A stretch of DNA of 37,190 nt from Ministeria vibrans ATCC 50519 (taxonomy: Eukaryota > Protista > Filasterea). Positions within the stretch are counted from its first letter, which is position 1; the number at the start of each line of letters is the position of its first letter. The position numbers and the translations under genes were made by a program. Where the stretch lies: assembly GCA_943704425.1 (NCBI GenBank), contig CALSCP010000795.1:1-37190 (forward strand), written 5' to 3'. The notes under the pieces were generated by a model. The model saw only the letters and a program-made list of their open reading frames with translations. It was not told the origin of the DNA and did not search any database. Positions 35,629-37,190 of the stretch are shown here, piece by piece.

Positions 35629-37037
35629 CTATGTCTCAGTCTCCCACACCATAAAGTCGTCGCCGTCGGCCGAGTCGTCACCAAAGCCATTGTCGCGCTC
35701 CGGAAGGTTGTCGTAGAGATTGTCGTCTTCGTCCGCGTCGAAGGTAGTGGTCGCGCCTTCAACCTGGAACGTGGTGTTCTGCTTCACGTAGGCCTGGTAC
35801 TCGTTGTCATTCATGGCTGTCTGCTTGCTGAGGAACGCGCTGTAGTCGATGGCATCGTCGTCATCGTCGCCATACAGATTGTCTTCGCCCTCCGTGTCAA
35901 AGTAGTTGCTGCTCGGTCGCGACGCAAGACCCGCCTGACTGATACCCGTCGTCATTTCCATGTCACCCGGTTGGCGACGAGACGAAGCCGCACGCATCTT
36001 CTCAAAGGCGCGTCTTCGACGGTACAACAGACAGCACCAGATGAGCAGAGCAAGGAAAATAAGTCCGGCAGCGGCAGCGCCCGCATATATGAGCAAGTTG
36101 GCTGTGGACCCACTCGAAGACGATCCCGTGATGATTGTCGGTCCGGCAATGTGAGTGTAGCCCTCAGGAAGAAGCACAGCAACGTGTCCTCCTGTCTTGT
36201 CCGACGTACACCTGTTCAACAACAAAAGCAAGAGTGCAGAGCATGTTGAATAAAAAAAATCATTTAATAACTATAACAATAACAATAACAACAACAACAA
36301 CAACAACAATAACAACAATAACAATAATAATAATAATAATAATAATAAAAATTTAATAATTATTATTGGGTGACTTACGTGAAGGTCTTTGAGGCAGCAT
36401 CATAAGTGGTGGTGATCGGCAGCCCCCAGAAGTTGATGTACTGAAAGCACGCAGCCTTGGGAATCTGTGTGTCGTTAAGACCCGGATTGGCGGGCAGAGT
36501 AAAATAGGTGTTGGTACTGACGTCGTTTGAGCCGCCGTTCAGAGCCGCATCGCTGTCCATCGAGAAGATCGACACGGACAGGACGTGAACGGAAGCGAGT
36601 CCCGGATACGAGACGGGCAAAGTCTCGGGTGAGGTTGACTGGAACTGAACCGACACTCGGCCGGTGCACATGGAGCAGCGCTTCTGACAGTCACAAGAGA
36701 GCAGTGTTGAAATTGACTCCTTTTGCATGATGACCCGACGAGTAAGGTCCGAGCCCGACACTGTGATGTTGCCCGTCTCAAAGGAACATGTAGACTCTGT
36801 CGACTTGATGACCGGCACGTCAATGGTGGCGCTCAGCAGATTCACTGTGTCGTTTGCCGATTTGCTGAAAATCGTCGGAAGACCCTCGACCATGACGTGT
36901 TTGGTGACGGCCAACGAGGTGGTGCCCAAGGCAGAGCGCCCAGTGGTGGCGCAAAACGTCATAATCAGCTCGGTAACATCCACAGCGTCCGCAGTTCCCT
37001 CAACCGAGGGCACGTGCACGGATACTCCACGACGGAA
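35629..37037 (-). CDS. 3' part of a single-pass type I membrane protein with a GPS/GAIN-like juxtamembrane motif and an acidic Tyr-rich tail
   Basis: Proposed exons: 37037-36379 and 36211-35629, with upstream exons beyond the window. Sequence: ...PKAACFQY...KTFT|CTSDKTGGHVAVLLP..., then TM LLIYAGAAAAGLIFLALLIWCCLLY-RRRR, then a tail with NYFD, DNLYGD, IDYSAF, NEYQAY and DNLYDNL. Confidence 0.75.
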
Positions 37038-37190
37038 CTATAATGATTAATTAAAAACAATGACAATAAAATTAGTTAATGACTGTACTATAAAAAATTT
37101 AATAATAATAATAATAAATTAATAATATTATAATTATTATTATTTTTAATAATAATAATAATTATTATTATTATTAATTATTTATCTTTT

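Noticed and set aside
36250-37190. (AAT)n/(AAC)n tracts
   Set aside because: These are ordinary intronic microsatellites, with no telomere-like or structured signal.

Overview
A compact, intron-containing eukaryotic window. The receptor tyrosine kinase and phosphotyrosine-rich receptor tails suggest a non-metazoan holozoan, but that is inference. By joining ORF fragments at splice sites read by eye I can reconstruct 13 genes: (1) a very large TSP1-repeat receptor tyrosine kinase that begins left of the window; (2) Nup62/Nsp1; (3) SNRNP27; (4) a WW+PIN Swt1-like nuclease; (5) an aldehyde dehydrogenase; (6) an unknown helical protein; (7) a secreted serine beta-lactamase-like protein; (8) PAM16; (9) a stand-alone FixL-type heme-PAS gene inside PAM16 intron 3; (10) TAF7; (11) a disordered PH-domain protein; (12) NOL11/Utp8; (13) the 3' part of a single-pass receptor with a GPS-like motif. 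The most striking item is the ~2.6 kb block bracketed by poly(A) runs that carries the putative O2/heme sensor inside the mitochondrial import gene PAM16. It is either a real nested insertion or a scaffolding artefact. Other notable items are the ~29-TSR kinase with a ~21-tyrosine docking linker, a dispersed intronic CTCTATCACTTTGTTTC repeat family, a 7-nt microexon, a probable GC-AG intron and strict strand alternation of ten genes. All family calls come from motif recognition; no database searches were run.
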